A stretch of 63,568 nucleotides of DNA, the filler included, from Trichomonas gallinae (lineage: Eukaryota): assembly GCA_008369845.1 (NCBI GenBank). It is 10 parts of 10 records of this genome, joined end to end, with 100 filler letters (N's around TTAATTAATTAA, not from the genome) between each part and the next. Parts side by side here need not be neighbours in the genome. Positions count along the whole stretch, not along the records: positions 51,150 to 56,321 come from MRSU01000016.1; positions 56,422 to 58,838 come from MRSU01000020.1; positions 58,939 to 62,420 come from MRSU01000025.1; 7 more parts are not named here. One strand, given 5' to 3'. Shown here in pieces: positions 52,351 to 62,520 of this stretch. Both the position numbers and the translations under genes were made by a program. The notes under the pieces were generated by a model that worked only from the letters and a program-made list of their open reading frames with translations, had not been told where the DNA came from and made no database searches. The stretch's first letter is position 1; each line of letters starts with the position of its first letter.

Positions 52351-54591
52351 ATGAGTGCTGAAGAACTTCGCCTGAAGTCCATCGGTGTTGATGCAAAGGA
52401 AGTTCCTAAGATTCTAAAGAACAAGAAACTTGTTGCAAAAATCATGACAACCATCGAAGCTGCTCACATTCCTGCCGAAGGATGTCCGGCCACAATGGGA
52501 ACCCTCATCATCAAGCTCTGCGGAGGTGATGTCCCTAACTCAAATGCAATCGCCGAGTTAATTGGTGCTTCTAAAATCGTTACACCTGAACAGCTTGCTG
52601 CTGCAATTGAATTTGCACAAGCTAACGCTACATTTACACCAGCTGAACTTGAAGCTGCTTCTGGCGTCGGTGTCACTGTTAGTGCGGACGATGTCAAGGC
52701 TGCTGTTGCAAAGACCATTGACGAGTCAATTCTTTTCATTGCACAAAAGGGCAAAAAGGCTGCTCTCAGCGAAATCATGAAGCGTGCTAAAGTTGCTACA
52801 CCACAGATGAAATTTGCTCCATCAAAGCTTGTTGTTGATTCTGTCAGATTTGCTCTCGATGCTCTTGATGACGCTCATCTCGCCGAGAAGAAGGCTGTTG
52901 CTGAGAAGGCTGCTGCCGCCGAAGCAGCAGCTAAGAAGGAAGACAATGGAGATGAAATCGATTTCCGTGGTATTGTTGCTAGCTTCCCTTCACCAGCTGA
53001 TAATGCAATGAATAACCCACCAGAAATCCAGAAAGATCACATGGAAAAGACAGGTGGTCTTTACATGACTCGTTTTCCACCAGAGCCAAATGGCTGGATT
53101 CATATTGGCCATGCTAAGGCTATGATTCTCGATTTCGGTCTTGCTGCAACAAAGGGTGGCCATTGCTATATGCGTTTCGATGATACTAACCCATCAAAGG
53201 AAAAGGAAGAATTCATTGAAGGAATCAAGAAAGATGTACACTGGCTTGGCTTCGAGTATTGGAAAATCACACATACATCTGATTACTTCCAGACACTTTA
53301 CGAATTCGCACTTAAGCTCATCGATGAGGGTCTCGCTTACGTAGATCATCAGACAAAGGATGAAGTTAAAGAATATCGTGAGAAGCTTCTCCCATCTCCA
53401 TGGCGTGATCGTGATCCAAAGGAATCCCGCCGTCTCTTCGAACTTATGAGAGTTGGTTACTTTGAACCATCAGAAGCTACACTTCGTCTTAAGATGGACT
53501 ACAAGAATGCTAATCCAAACATGCGTGATCAAGTTGCTTACAGAATTAAATATCACACACATCCACACACAGGTGACAAATGGTGCATCTATCCAACATA
53601 TGACTACAGCCACTGCGTCATCGACTCTCTTGAGCACGTCACACATTCTCTCTGCACACTCGAGTTCGAAAACAGAAGAGATTCTTACTACTGGGTTCTC
53701 GATGCTCTCAAGATCTATAAGCCAGTTGTTTGGGAATTCTCTCGTCTCAACTTAACAAACACAGTTATGTCTAAGCGTAAGCTCCAAACACTCGTTTACA
53801 ACAATTATGTCAACGGCTGGGATGATCCACGTATGCCAACGATCGCTGGCATGCGTCGCCGTGGTTACACACCAGCTGCTATCAGAGAATTCTGCCAGAA
53901 TGTCGGCTACACACGCAACGTTACAACTTTGATTTCTGTTGATCGTCTTGATGCCATCCAGCGCGCTGACCTTGACGAAAACTCTCCACGCGCCTTCTGC
54001 GTCCAAGATCCTATCAAGGTTACCCTTCAAAATCTTTCTGATGAGAAGATCATCGAAGCACCACTCTTCCCGAAGAAACCAGAAGCTGGAATGCGCAAAC
54101 TCCATCTTTCCAAGACAATTTATATTGAACGCGAGGACTTCATGGAGAACCCAGACAGCAACTTCATGAGATTGACACCTCAGAAGGATGTTGGTCTTAA
54201 TTACGCCAAGGTTGCCATCAAAGTTGTTAAGGTCATCAAGGATGAGACCGGCAAAGTTACAGAATTAATCTGTGATGTTGAAGAGAACCCAGAGAAGCGT
54301 GATGACAGGAAGTTCATCCACTGGCTTGGAGCTGATGCTGTCAAGTGTGAACTCAGAATTTATGGCCACCTCTTCTCAGAACCAGATGTTTCCAAGATTA
54401 CTGGCGAATGGACAGAAGCCCTCAACAAAGAATCTCTCAAAGTTATCAAAGGCGCTTTAGTCGAAGGAACAATTGCTAATGCAAAGGAACAAGATAGATT
54501 CCAGTTCGAGAGAAAGGGATATTTCTGCGTTGATTTTGACACAAAGCCAGGCAACTTAATCTTCAACAGAACTCTCCCACTTAACAAGTAA
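52351..54591 (+). CDS. QARS: Glutaminyl-tRNA synthetase
   Basis: TRFPPEPNGWIHIGHAKA (HIGH), RFDDTNP, IYPTYDY, THSLCTLEF, VMSKRKL, GWDDPR and FQFERKGYF, plus a eukaryotic N-terminal extension. M3-like AGCGGTTT lies at 52313-52320. Confidence 0.97.
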   Translation: MSAEELRLKSIGVDAKEVPKILKNKKLVAKIMTTIEAAHIPAEGCPATMGTLIIKLCGGDVPNSNAIAELIGASKIVTPEQLAAAIEFAQANATFTPAELEAASGVGVTVSADDVKAAVAKTIDESILFIAQKGKKAALSEIMKRAKVATPQMKFAPSKLVVDSVRFALDALDDAHLAEKKAVAEKAAAAEAAAKKEDNGDEIDFRGIVASFPSPADNAMNNPPEIQKDHMEKTGGLYMTRFPPEPNGWIHIGHAKAMILDFGLAATKGGHCYMRFDDTNPSKEKEEFIEGIKKDVHWLGFEYWKITHTSDYFQTLYEFALKLIDEGLAYVDHQTKDEVKEYREKLLPSPWRDRDPKESRRLFELMRVGYFEPSEATLRLKMDYKNANPNMRDQVAYRIKYHTHPHTGDKWCIYPTYDYSHCVIDSLEHVTHSLCTLEFENRRDSYYWVLDALKIYKPVVWEFSRLNLTNTVMSKRKLQTLVYNNYVNGWDDPRMPTIAGMRRRGYTPAAIREFCQNVGYTRNVTTLISVDRLDAIQRADLDENSPRAFCVQDPIKVTLQNLSDEKIIEAPLFPKKPEAGMRKLHLSKTIYIEREDFMENPDSNFMRLTPQKDVGLNYAKVAIKVVKVIKDETGKVTELICDVEENPEKRDDRKFIHWLGADAVKCELRIYGHLFSEPDVSKITGEWTEALNKESLKVIKGALVEGTIANAKEQDRFQFERKGYFCVDFDTKPGNLIFNRTLPLNK

Positions 54592-54756
54592 TTATAGGAA
54601 TAAAGATCTCTAATAATTTTTATTTCATTTCCCTATCTAAATTAAAAAATACATCAAAAAAAAAAAATGAGCAGCAAAAAACAATCTAATATTTATAGAA
54701 CACTCTAAAAATTCAATATATAAATGACATGCAGAATATAATAATGAAAATAAGAC

Positions 54757-55599
54757 TTATATGGGCATATCTTGAATAGGTGTAAGAACAGCAAATGTAG
54801 CAGCAAACATTTCTTTGGTGCGTAAACTTTGGGTCCCATTTCTCATTACATCGATTAGTTGCGACAGCGTGTATTTTTCTTTTTGTTTTTCCTCAGGAAT
54901 AGCCGAAGCAGGAGTCCAAATCGGTCCTACATCGTAGTGAAAATTTTCAAAATATGCTTCTACCCAAGCATTGTGAAAAATCGATAAAGATGGAATCCAT
55001 TTTTTTGTATTATCTATATTTCTGAAAATAACACCTTGATATTTGCCATTAACCCAAACCTCCAACGTTGTGGTTTCTGGAGTATTTCCAAGAGTAAATC
55101 CAAAACCAATATAATCTCCGATTGAGAATCCAGCAAATGGTTTAACTCCAGAATCGTATTCTTCAAGCTTTTTCTTTCTAGAACGGTGATATGCACCACC
55201 TTGATCTCTAACGCAGTATCCTTCTGCATCAACTCCGATAGGAGCTTCCATGTCTGCATTTGTTGTGGCAATACCCATTCTAACATGTCCATCCTCTAAA
55301 TCTCTTCCAGAGAAACGAAATTCCCAGAAATATTTGCCTGGTTCTTCAAAAGAACGGGAAGATCTGCATAAACGATAACCACCTTCTAGAGTGCACTTAT
55401 CACCATCGAATTTATATTTCCTCGAGCTTTTATATCTTGATAATGTAATTTTTGATTTGTTTTCTGGGTCTTCGATATTTGGAAGCAAACGCAAAGCAGC
55501 TCTCCTTCTCGCACCAAGCTCCTCGAAGCGCATTGGGATAGTACTACCGAAAAAAGGGTCGCTTGGATCAGTGATAACAAATGGTTTCTTGTGTGACAT
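54757..55599 (-). CDS. SPRY domain protein, Ash2/Bre2 (COMPASS)-like
   Basis: GYRLCRS, GKYFWEF, HVRMG, APIGVD..GY, GDYIGFG, NGKYQGVIF, WIPSLSIF. The start MSHKK is favoured by Inr TCACTTT just upstream (alternative start 55623). Confidence 0.8.
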   Translation of the reverse strand: MSHKKPFVITDPSDPFFGSTIPMRFEELGARRRAALRLLPNIEDPENKSKITLSRYKSSRKYKFDGDKCTLEGGYRLCRSSRSFEEPGKYFWEFRFSGRDLEDGHVRMGIATTNADMEAPIGVDAEGYCVRDQGGAYHRSRKKKLEEYDSGVKPFAGFSIGDYIGFGFTLGNTPETTTLEVWVNGKYQGVIFRNIDNTKKWIPSLSIFHNAWVEAYFENFHYDVGPIWTPASAIPEEKQKEKYTLSQLIDVMRNGTQSLRTKEMFAATFAVLTPIQDMPI

Positions 55600-55772
55600 C
55601 GGAGTAAAAAGTGACAATTTCATTATTCATCCTCAAAATTGTTTCATTCTCAGTTTATATCAACCATCATTCACAATGTGAAACGAATTAATTAGCTATG
55701 ATGGAGTTATGAGTGTAGACTATAATAATATAAATAATCTTTACAATAAAATCGAAATAAAACGAAAAATAA

Positions 55773-56234
55773 TTAAACATGCTGAGGAGCTTTTTCTGTA
55801 AGTCTAAGTGTTTGTATTGATGACATTTCGGTTTTATCAAGATACATTTTGGTTTTTTGTGGGCCGCCTTCAATTATAGGATCATCCTCTAGATTTTCAG
55901 CTTCAAGAAGCTGACGAATAAACTGTGGACCTACATAATTTTGAGGAATTGATTCGTGAAGTTGTTTTAAATTTGGCGAAAATAACGATTGCTCAATTTG
56001 TTGTTCTACTTGTTTTCTTCTAAGATATCTGTTTGGAAAAGGGGGGACTGACTCAGGTGTATTGTCTTCAGCTCTTTGATGAACGCCATCAATGTATCCG
56101 CTAATAGCATCGAGGCGTCGGTTCAATTCTTCAATCATTTCTAAAATTTTCGTAAACGTACCATAATAGAAGTGTTTCAACTCGCTTTCTGGCTTTGTGA
56201 TAGGATTTGAGATCTCAAAGTTATAAAATATCAT
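55773..56234 (-). CDS. Hypothetical protein (about 153 aa)
   Basis: Open frame with coding-like composition from MIFYNF. Upstream in-frame ATGs lie in AT-rich sequence next to the gap, so the start is uncertain. Confidence 0.55.
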   Translation of the reverse strand: MIFYNFEISNPITKPESELKHFYYGTFTKILEMIEELNRRLDAISGYIDGVHQRAEDNTPESVPPFPNRYLRRKQVEQQIEQSLFSPNLKQLHESIPQNYVGPQFIRQLLEAENLEDDPIIEGGPQKTKMYLDKTEMSSIQTLRLTEKAPQHV

Positions 56235-56321
56235 TTTTATTTCCATCTGATTAATATATGTAAGTTTCAGCTTAATTTGAAGAAATAAATTAATAATCAA
56301 AAATATTTTTGTAATTTTCAT

Positions 56322-56421
56322 NNNNNNNNNNNNNNNNNNNNNNNNNNNNNNNNNNNNNNNNNNNNTTAATTAATTAANNNNNNNNNNNNNNNNNNNNNNN
56401 NNNNNNNNNNNNNNNNNNNNN
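56322..56421. other. Artificial contig linker
   Basis: N44-TTAATTAATTAA-N44. Confidence 0.99.
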
Positions 56422-56959
56422 TTTATTATGAAAAATAGAAAAATAATTTAGGGAAAATTCAAACTAGACTTCTAATTGTTTAAATCCTTAGATATCATAC
56501 ACATAGTATCTTTAAGGTGTCTATATAATACCTGCAAAGTTTAGGGCAATTTCCTAGATCCCTTCGAAGTTTCCATACCTTTGTCATTATAAGATTTTTG
56601 TTAAAATATAAAAGGGGGAGACCCTAATTTTTGTCCGTTTTTAATTTTTTGTAAAATCTCTGACATGTAAAGCAAAAATTTGACAAAATTATATAATTTT
56701 TTTTCTCTCCAGCAAAAAAATGGTGTTTTTAGACTGCGATATCATTAATTACATCTATATGAATATATACTTTTTAACTCTCATGTTTCGAATATGTGGG
56801 CAATAAGATATAGCCTTGATATAATTTTCTTAGCTTCCAAAATATGCAATTTTTAAGTTTGAAGAAAAAACTTTTTTCTCATTACTTTACATGTCAAATT
56901 TATTTTTTGTTTTCAAATTGCATGAATTGTTTCATGCTTGATATATTATGATTGTATAA

Positions 56960-57628
56960 ATGACATCAGCTGATGTAGACTTATTCCATTATTTAGTTAA
57001 AGATGGTGTTGCTACAATTGGAACTATTAACTCAACAAAAAATTTAGAACCTACTGATGTTGTATATAGAAAAAATGCCTTTGTTGATAAGAAAAACACA
57101 AATATCGCCCTTATAATACCAGAAAAGATTAAATATAGCAATTCCATAAATATTGTCACAATTATTGGCTATATGGCTTTTGCTTACTCAAATATTACGC
57201 ATGCTTTTGTCCCTAAATCCATTAATACTATATTTGGTTATGCTTTCGATTGGTGTATCAATTTAAAAAAAATTGAATTTGATAAAAACTCAAATCTAAA
57301 GACAATACATAATTCTCTAGGAGTTGGATCAATAATTCAAACAATTACATTGCCATCTTCAGTTAGTTTTATTGATACGGCATTTTTCTTCTATTCCAAC
57401 ACTTTGGAAACAATTATTTACGAAGGCATTAACGCACCAGCTTGTAATACTAATTTAACAGCAACAAATGTTAATATAGTAGTACCACCAAATTATAACT
57501 CCAAAAGTTTTTGTTTACACAAAGTTTTTTACTCACGCACAAATGACGTCACATGCAATTATGATAATAGTTATTTTAATCGAATGAATTTCATGCGATT
57601 TCTTTATATTACAGTAATAATTTTTTGA
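56960..57628 (+). CDS. BspA-like (TpLRR) surface protein, short, copy 1
   Basis: IIPEKI...VTIIGYMAFAYSNITHAFVPKSINTIFGYAFDWCINLKKIEF...ITLPSSVSFID, with a hydrophobic C-terminus. Confidence 0.88.
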   Translation: MTSADVDLFHYLVKDGVATIGTINSTKNLEPTDVVYRKNAFVDKKNTNIALIIPEKIKYSNSINIVTIIGYMAFAYSNITHAFVPKSINTIFGYAFDWCINLKKIEFDKNSNLKTIHNSLGVGSIIQTITLPSSVSFIDTAFFFYSNTLETIIYEGINAPACNTNLTATNVNIVVPPNYNSKSFCLHKVFYSRTNDVTCNYDNSYFNRMNFMRFLYITVIIF

Positions 57629-57945
57629 AATAAAAATTGTTTAAAATTGAGCTAATTGCAGCACATTTAATACATTGTATGGGTGTTAATATATTAAAAA
57701 ATGATAATTTTGAAATTAAAATTTGATTTATATTATTTTAAACTAATCTAAACTCAATGTTTAAGTAATGCAAATATCCACGGCTAAATTCATGATTTTT
57801 TACAATATTTATATGCAAAGATTGAATTCAAACTTTTTTTATACGAAAATTTTGTTGGCGATTTTATAAAATTTTAGCCGTTTAATAATTCTATATATTT
57901 TATCTAAATGCTTTTAAAAATTCGTTTCAATATGAATAGTTCTAG

Positions 57946-58620
57946 TTGCAGACTGTAGAGGTTGGGTTATTCTATTATTTGGTATCAGATTCAGTTGCTA
58001 CCATTGGAACTGTTAATACCACATGGGTCATGAAGAGTGGCGACCATGTTTACCAAAGAAATGCTTATGTTAATAAAAGCAATACTCACTATGATGTAAA
58101 TATACCAAAAGATATAACCTACAATAATCAGATTTATAAAGTTACAGTTCTTGGCCATATGGCCTTTGCCAATTCAGATATTACTGGAGTTTTCATACCG
58201 CAATACGTGCACTCGATATTGAACTATGCATTCGATTGGTGCTACAAACTAGCTTCAATAGAGTTTGACACTTTTTCGGAATTGAAAAACATTTACTTTT
58301 CTTTAGGAGTCGGATCAATCATTAAATCAATCAAAATTCCAAGCTCTGTAACCTTTATTGATCAGTATTTCTTCACATCTTGCTCAACAATATTGAAAAT
58401 CACATATGATGGCTTAGAAGAACCTGTTTGCAATACAAATCACACAAATTCTGATTTTTATGTTTTGGTCAGACCTGAATATTCATCTTCCAAATTTTGT
58501 TCTAAAACTGTTTACAAGGATTGTTTGAGACCCATTGCATCATGCAAAATAAGATCACAAGCTATCTCCATTGCAACTTTAATAGTATGTCCAATAATTA
58601 CAATAATAAAGGATCAGTGA
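57946..58620 (+). CDS. BspA-like (TpLRR) surface protein, copy 2; 5' end apparently frameshifted
   Basis: Tandem paralog of copy 1 (VATIGT, MAFAxS, YAFDWC, SLGVGSII, PSSVxFID, CNTN). The homologous frame begins at TTG, and the nearby ATGs (57908, 57932) are out of frame. Confidence 0.8.
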   Translation: MQTVEVGLFYYLVSDSVATIGTVNTTWVMKSGDHVYQRNAYVNKSNTHYDVNIPKDITYNNQIYKVTVLGHMAFANSDITGVFIPQYVHSILNYAFDWCYKLASIEFDTFSELKNIYFSLGVGSIIKSIKIPSSVTFIDQYFFTSCSTILKITYDGLEEPVCNTNHTNSDFYVLVRPEYSSSKFCSKTVYKDCLRPIASCKIRSQAISIATLIVCPIITIIKDQ

Positions 58621-58760
58621 GCAATTCTATGGAATAGGCAACAAAAGTTCTTAAATCTTCAACATTGTTACTTTCTCGCTATTTTATATAAAAAATATGT
58701 TACGAATTGATTATTTTTAAATTACAGCTGTACAACTTAATAAATATAGATTTGGTTTGA

Positions 58761-58838
58761 CATAAATGGCGGAGCATCGCGAAACACTTCGATGGAAGAA
58801 CAGAAGTCTCGATCAAAGCACAATACAGGAAACTTGTT
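58761..58838 (+). pseudogene. Orphan Myb R3 fragment at contig end
   Basis: HKWRSIAKHFDGRTEVSIKAQYRKLV is preceded immediately by an in-frame TGA and AT-rich DNA. Confidence 0.7.
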
Positions 58839-58938
58839 NNNNNNNNNNNNNNNNNNNNNNNNNNNNNNNNNNNNNNNNNNNNTTAATTAATTAANNNNNN
58901 NNNNNNNNNNNNNNNNNNNNNNNNNNNNNNNNNNNNNN
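58839..58938. other. Artificial contig linker
   Basis: N44-TTAATTAATTAA-N44. Confidence 0.99.
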
Positions 58939-59207
58939 CAGCCACCCTTGTATGGGCCGATGGCGGAGTTGAACTGGACACGGAAGCCACGGTTGACCAT
59001 CATCTCACCCTTGTCGTTAACCCATGGGACGCGGAACATGATAACGCGCTCTGGCTCAACGAGGGCTGGGAGGAGCTTGAGGTACTTTGGTTCCTTCTCG
59101 AGGATTGGAACGAGAGATGTAAGAACTTCTGTGACAGCCTGGATGAATTCCTTCTCATTTGGATCACGGGCCTTGACGAGTTCGAGTGTCTTCTGGACTG
59201 CTTCCAT
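58939..59207 (-). CDS. gdhA: NADP-dependent glutamate dehydrogenase, 5' part (cut by linker)
   Basis: RDPNEKEFIQAVTEV, VEPERVIMFRVPWVNDKG, VNRGFRVQFNSAIGPYKGG. Inr TCACTTT at 59214-59220. Confidence 0.96.
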
Positions 59208-60510
59208 TGACTTAAAGTGAAGTCAAAGTGTCAAGCCAATTCTTTCCCCTCAAAATTAGCGAAAACGATGAGGTGAGGTGATGCGGATGGATAACTCTGA
59301 TTTTTGCTTAGTCTAATTCGCCTTTTTCCACTATAAAGAGGCTATATAACGCAATGTGAAGTGATGCTGTCAAATTTTTGAGATAATTCATCGTTTTTCT
59401 CAATTTTTGTGAAATCGACCAAAGTCTTTTTCTCCAATATCTATCATATCTATGCATTATATTGATGGATTCTAAATTATTTTTACTTCAAATTCAAATA
59501 TTTATTAACAGAAATATCTTTCATATATTAATATATACATGATAACATATAGAATTTTAAATTTTCGTTTCCATCGTTTATTATTTTTATCGCTTGTGAA
59601 GTAGTTACTGTGTGGAGAAAGCAGTATCATCATTCCTACATTGTGTGCAGCATGAATATCAACGAATTCGATTTATTTTTTGGATAAAATACAATATTGA
59701 ATGACATTCGTTTTGAGGAGTCTTTTGATGCGGACCAAGGATTGTATAGAGTGTACTTTAATTAAATGATCCCTAGTCAACGATTATTGATAGTTTTTTT
59801 GGTGCAAAATTGTGCCGAAATCGTTTGACCTTCACCGTTTTCTCCATTTTGTTCTCACTATGATGTTAAATTTTCTGATGCACCTACTACCAAAGTATCT
59901 ACAGATTCTAGATTTTAGCCAAAATATTTTTTTTTTACAGTCAATGAGTTCGTTAAAATAAAGATGAAATTCCTATTATTGTGAATACAAATGATGTCAT
60001 GCAAAACTAAGAACGTCAAATAACTGATTGATGAATTAATTGAATAGAAATTAAAAGAAAATTCTGCCTTTACCCAAATTAATGCCTACTAGTTCGTGTG
60101 GTTCCTTCCATATTTCATCCGGATCAAATGAAATTTTAATATTTTTGATGATTGTTTTTCATAAGAGAATTTCTAATATGCTTCAGAACTACTCTGGATA
60201 ACTCTAGTTACATCAAATTATTTCTGCTTGGTTTTTGATTACTTCGAGATATTCTTCATTTTCCGAATTTAGACTCAAAATATGCTACATATTGTATTTT
60301 ATGTTATCATACAAACCTCTGCATATGCAATATGTTATGATTTTGCAGAAAAATATAATTTTAATATAACTCATTCTAACATCATATCATTCATAGGTTA
60401 TGTGTGGCCATGCTGAATATACAATAAAATTTAGTTTAATAAGATAATATTTTTACAACAATAATTTTTGTTCATTTTCACTAACAAATACAACAAAATA
60501 TGAATATGGT

Positions 60511-61380
60511 TCAAGCCCTCGTCTTCAGGTTTAATGAAGAGATTTTGTCGTTCCAATTTTGAGCATCTCTTCGATCTAGCTCTTCTTGAAGCTTAATACG
60601 CTGCTGCTTGACTTCATCCAGCTCTTCTTTCTTTTGTGCTGCATTATCTTCAGCTTTTTTCAATTTAGCTTCAATTCGTTCTACTTCGGCTTTTGTTTGA
60701 GCATATTGTATATCTAAAGATTTACTTTGCTTTTCCAGCTCGTGAATCTCGAATTCCAACATGTCTATTGTATCGCCAGCATCATTCATTTGTTCTTCGT
60801 ATTTATGACTGCCATGTGTAAGCCCATATCTTATTTTATCTACTTTTCTTTGTATTTTTTCGATTTCTGCGTCTAATTGTTGATTTTGTAATGATGTGCT
60901 TTCACTTGTTTGTTCTTTCTGATATACGATATATTTTCGCTGTTCCTGTAGTGACTGTTCAAGTTGCTTCTTTGTAACAAGCATTTCGTTAATTTCATCT
61001 TGTAAAGTTTGTTTATCTCTTGCAGCTTTAATGTGTATAGCTAGAATATTTCTATGCGTTGTTTCTTTTACATCACTGAGATCTTGTTCCATCCATCCAA
61101 CTTCGTCTCTAAGGTTTCCACATTCGAGTGTAATACCTCGAAGTTGCTTTAAAAGCTGAACGTCTTTATTTAACAGTGATGTTGATAATTCTGCGCGTGA
61201 TACAGCTAATTCGAAGCGTTTTGAATCGACTTCTGAGCTTCTAACAGCAAATACAGTATCGATATGTTCTTGTAACCACTCTACAACATCTTCTTCCTCC
61301 TCCTCATCTACTTTGGTCTGAGTCTTTTCATCTGGCGAGTCTTGCTGCTCATATTCATAAGAATCACCTGAATAAATCAT
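60511..61380 (-). CDS. Coiled-coil hypothetical protein, 289 aa
   Basis: Long E/K/Q-rich heptad sequence with an acidic N-terminus. Confidence 0.85.
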   Translation of the reverse strand: MIYSGDSYEYEQQDSPDEKTQTKVDEEEEEDVVEWLQEHIDTVFAVRSSEVDSKRFELAVSRAELSTSLLNKDVQLLKQLRGITLECGNLRDEVGWMEQDLSDVKETTHRNILAIHIKAARDKQTLQDEINEMLVTKKQLEQSLQEQRKYIVYQKEQTSESTSLQNQQLDAEIEKIQRKVDKIRYGLTHGSHKYEEQMNDAGDTIDMLEFEIHELEKQSKSLDIQYAQTKAEVERIEAKLKKAEDNAAQKKEELDEVKQQRIKLQEELDRRDAQNWNDKISSLNLKTRA

Positions 61381-61532
61381 GAAAAATGTACGTTTAATTT
61401 TTTTATTTGAGAATTAAACCAACGCAAAGAGAAGCCTCTAAACATTTATGTTTTCGCAGAAAAAAATCATGAAAACAAAAATTAAATTTGATAAAAATTA
61501 ATTAATTTAACAAGAAAAATCTACAAATTATA

Positions 61533-62177
61533 TTATAAGAGGAAGTGGACAAAGGCATAAACGGAGCCGACAATTGATAAAATTACAGCTGGTCTGCCAT
61601 ATGTTCTCCAGAAGTGGAGTCTGTTGAGATCATGAGCCTTCTTTGCGAAAATTCCTGAATTTCGGGAGAGATTTTCAGACATTTGGCCAACTTCATTAAT
61701 TTTTTCATCACGAGCGATTGCAGTCTGAAGATTATGGGCCATAGAAGATTCTACTTCGTAGAGGTCCTTCTTAAGCTGGTGAACTTTGCCATTTGCGACT
61801 TGTCTCTGATATTTAGTGCGAATATTATCAAGCACGGCAGAAAAGTCCATGAAAGCATATTTGGACTCAACGGCATCTATTGATTCCCTGTACTCCATTA
61901 AAAAGAACTTCATAGCTTCATCATTCAAATCGTAAGCCATGTTTGTCTCGAATTCTCTGCTTGTTGCGCAAACAGCATACACCTGATCGCCAGCACATAT
62001 ATGGATTGATCCATATGATGTTGGGCAGCTTAATATTTTTGCAGATTTTGGAGAAATTTGTTTGATAATTCTTTCTTCTTCATTAGAAAGATTCTGAAGG
62101 GATGTCTCTTCATCTGTTGTTGATGCGAAAATTAATCCATCTTTCAAACGACGAACATGAATAAAATGAACAGTCAT
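61533..62177 (-). CDS. SEC22: Sec22-like longin R-SNARE
   Basis: IHVRRLKDGLIFAST, YAFMDF, a SNARE motif with central R (IARDEKINEV) and a C-terminal TM after FWRTY. Confidence 0.9.
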   Translation of the reverse strand: MTVHFIHVRRLKDGLIFASTTDEETSLQNLSNEEERIIKQISPKSAKILSCPTSYGSIHICAGDQVYAVCATSREFETNMAYDLNDEAMKFFLMEYRESIDAVESKYAFMDFSAVLDNIRTKYQRQVANGKVHQLKKDLYEVESSMAHNLQTAIARDEKINEVGQMSENLSRNSGIFAKKAHDLNRLHFWRTYGRPAVILSIVGSVYAFVHFLL

Positions 62178-62316
62178 AATGAAAAAAAAAAATAAAATTT
62201 ACAATAATCGTTCTTGATAAGGTTATATTAAAACCGCTTAAAATAAGGTTATTTTAAAAAGTGCCGCAACGATAATTTTGTAAACCTGTGGTTTGGTCCG
62301 CCTTTTTTAAAAAAGT
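62178..62316. promoter_or_regulatory. 139-bp bidirectional promoter between SEC22 (-) and RPLP0 (+)
   Basis: Head-to-head ATGs, M3-like AGCGGTTT on the minus strand (62231-62238), GGTTTGGTC plus M5-like CCTTT (62301-62305) on the plus strand, and a direct repeat TAAGGTTATwTTAAAA x2. Confidence 0.7.
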
Positions 62317-62420
62317 ATGCATCACGAGAAGGTCATCCCCCAGAAGAAGCTTGACTACTGCACAAAGCTCCACGGTCTCTTCCGCAAGTACAAGAAGATC
62401 TGCATCGTTACATCCATGAA
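62317..62420 (+). CDS. RPLP0: 60S acidic ribosomal protein P0 (uL10), 5' part (cut by linker)
   Basis: MHHEKVIPQKKLDYCTKLHGLFRKYKKICIVTSM matches the P0 N-terminal pattern K..Y..KL..L...Y.K..IV. Strong codon bias and an RP-type promoter. Confidence 0.8.
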
Positions 62421-62520
62421 NNNNNNNNNNNNNNNNNNNNNNNNNNNNNNNNNNNNNNNNNNNNTTAATTAATTAANNNNNNNNNNNNNNNNNNNNNNNN
62501 NNNNNNNNNNNNNNNNNNNN
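62421..62520. other. Artificial contig linker
   Basis: N44-TTAATTAATTAA-N44. Confidence 0.99.
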
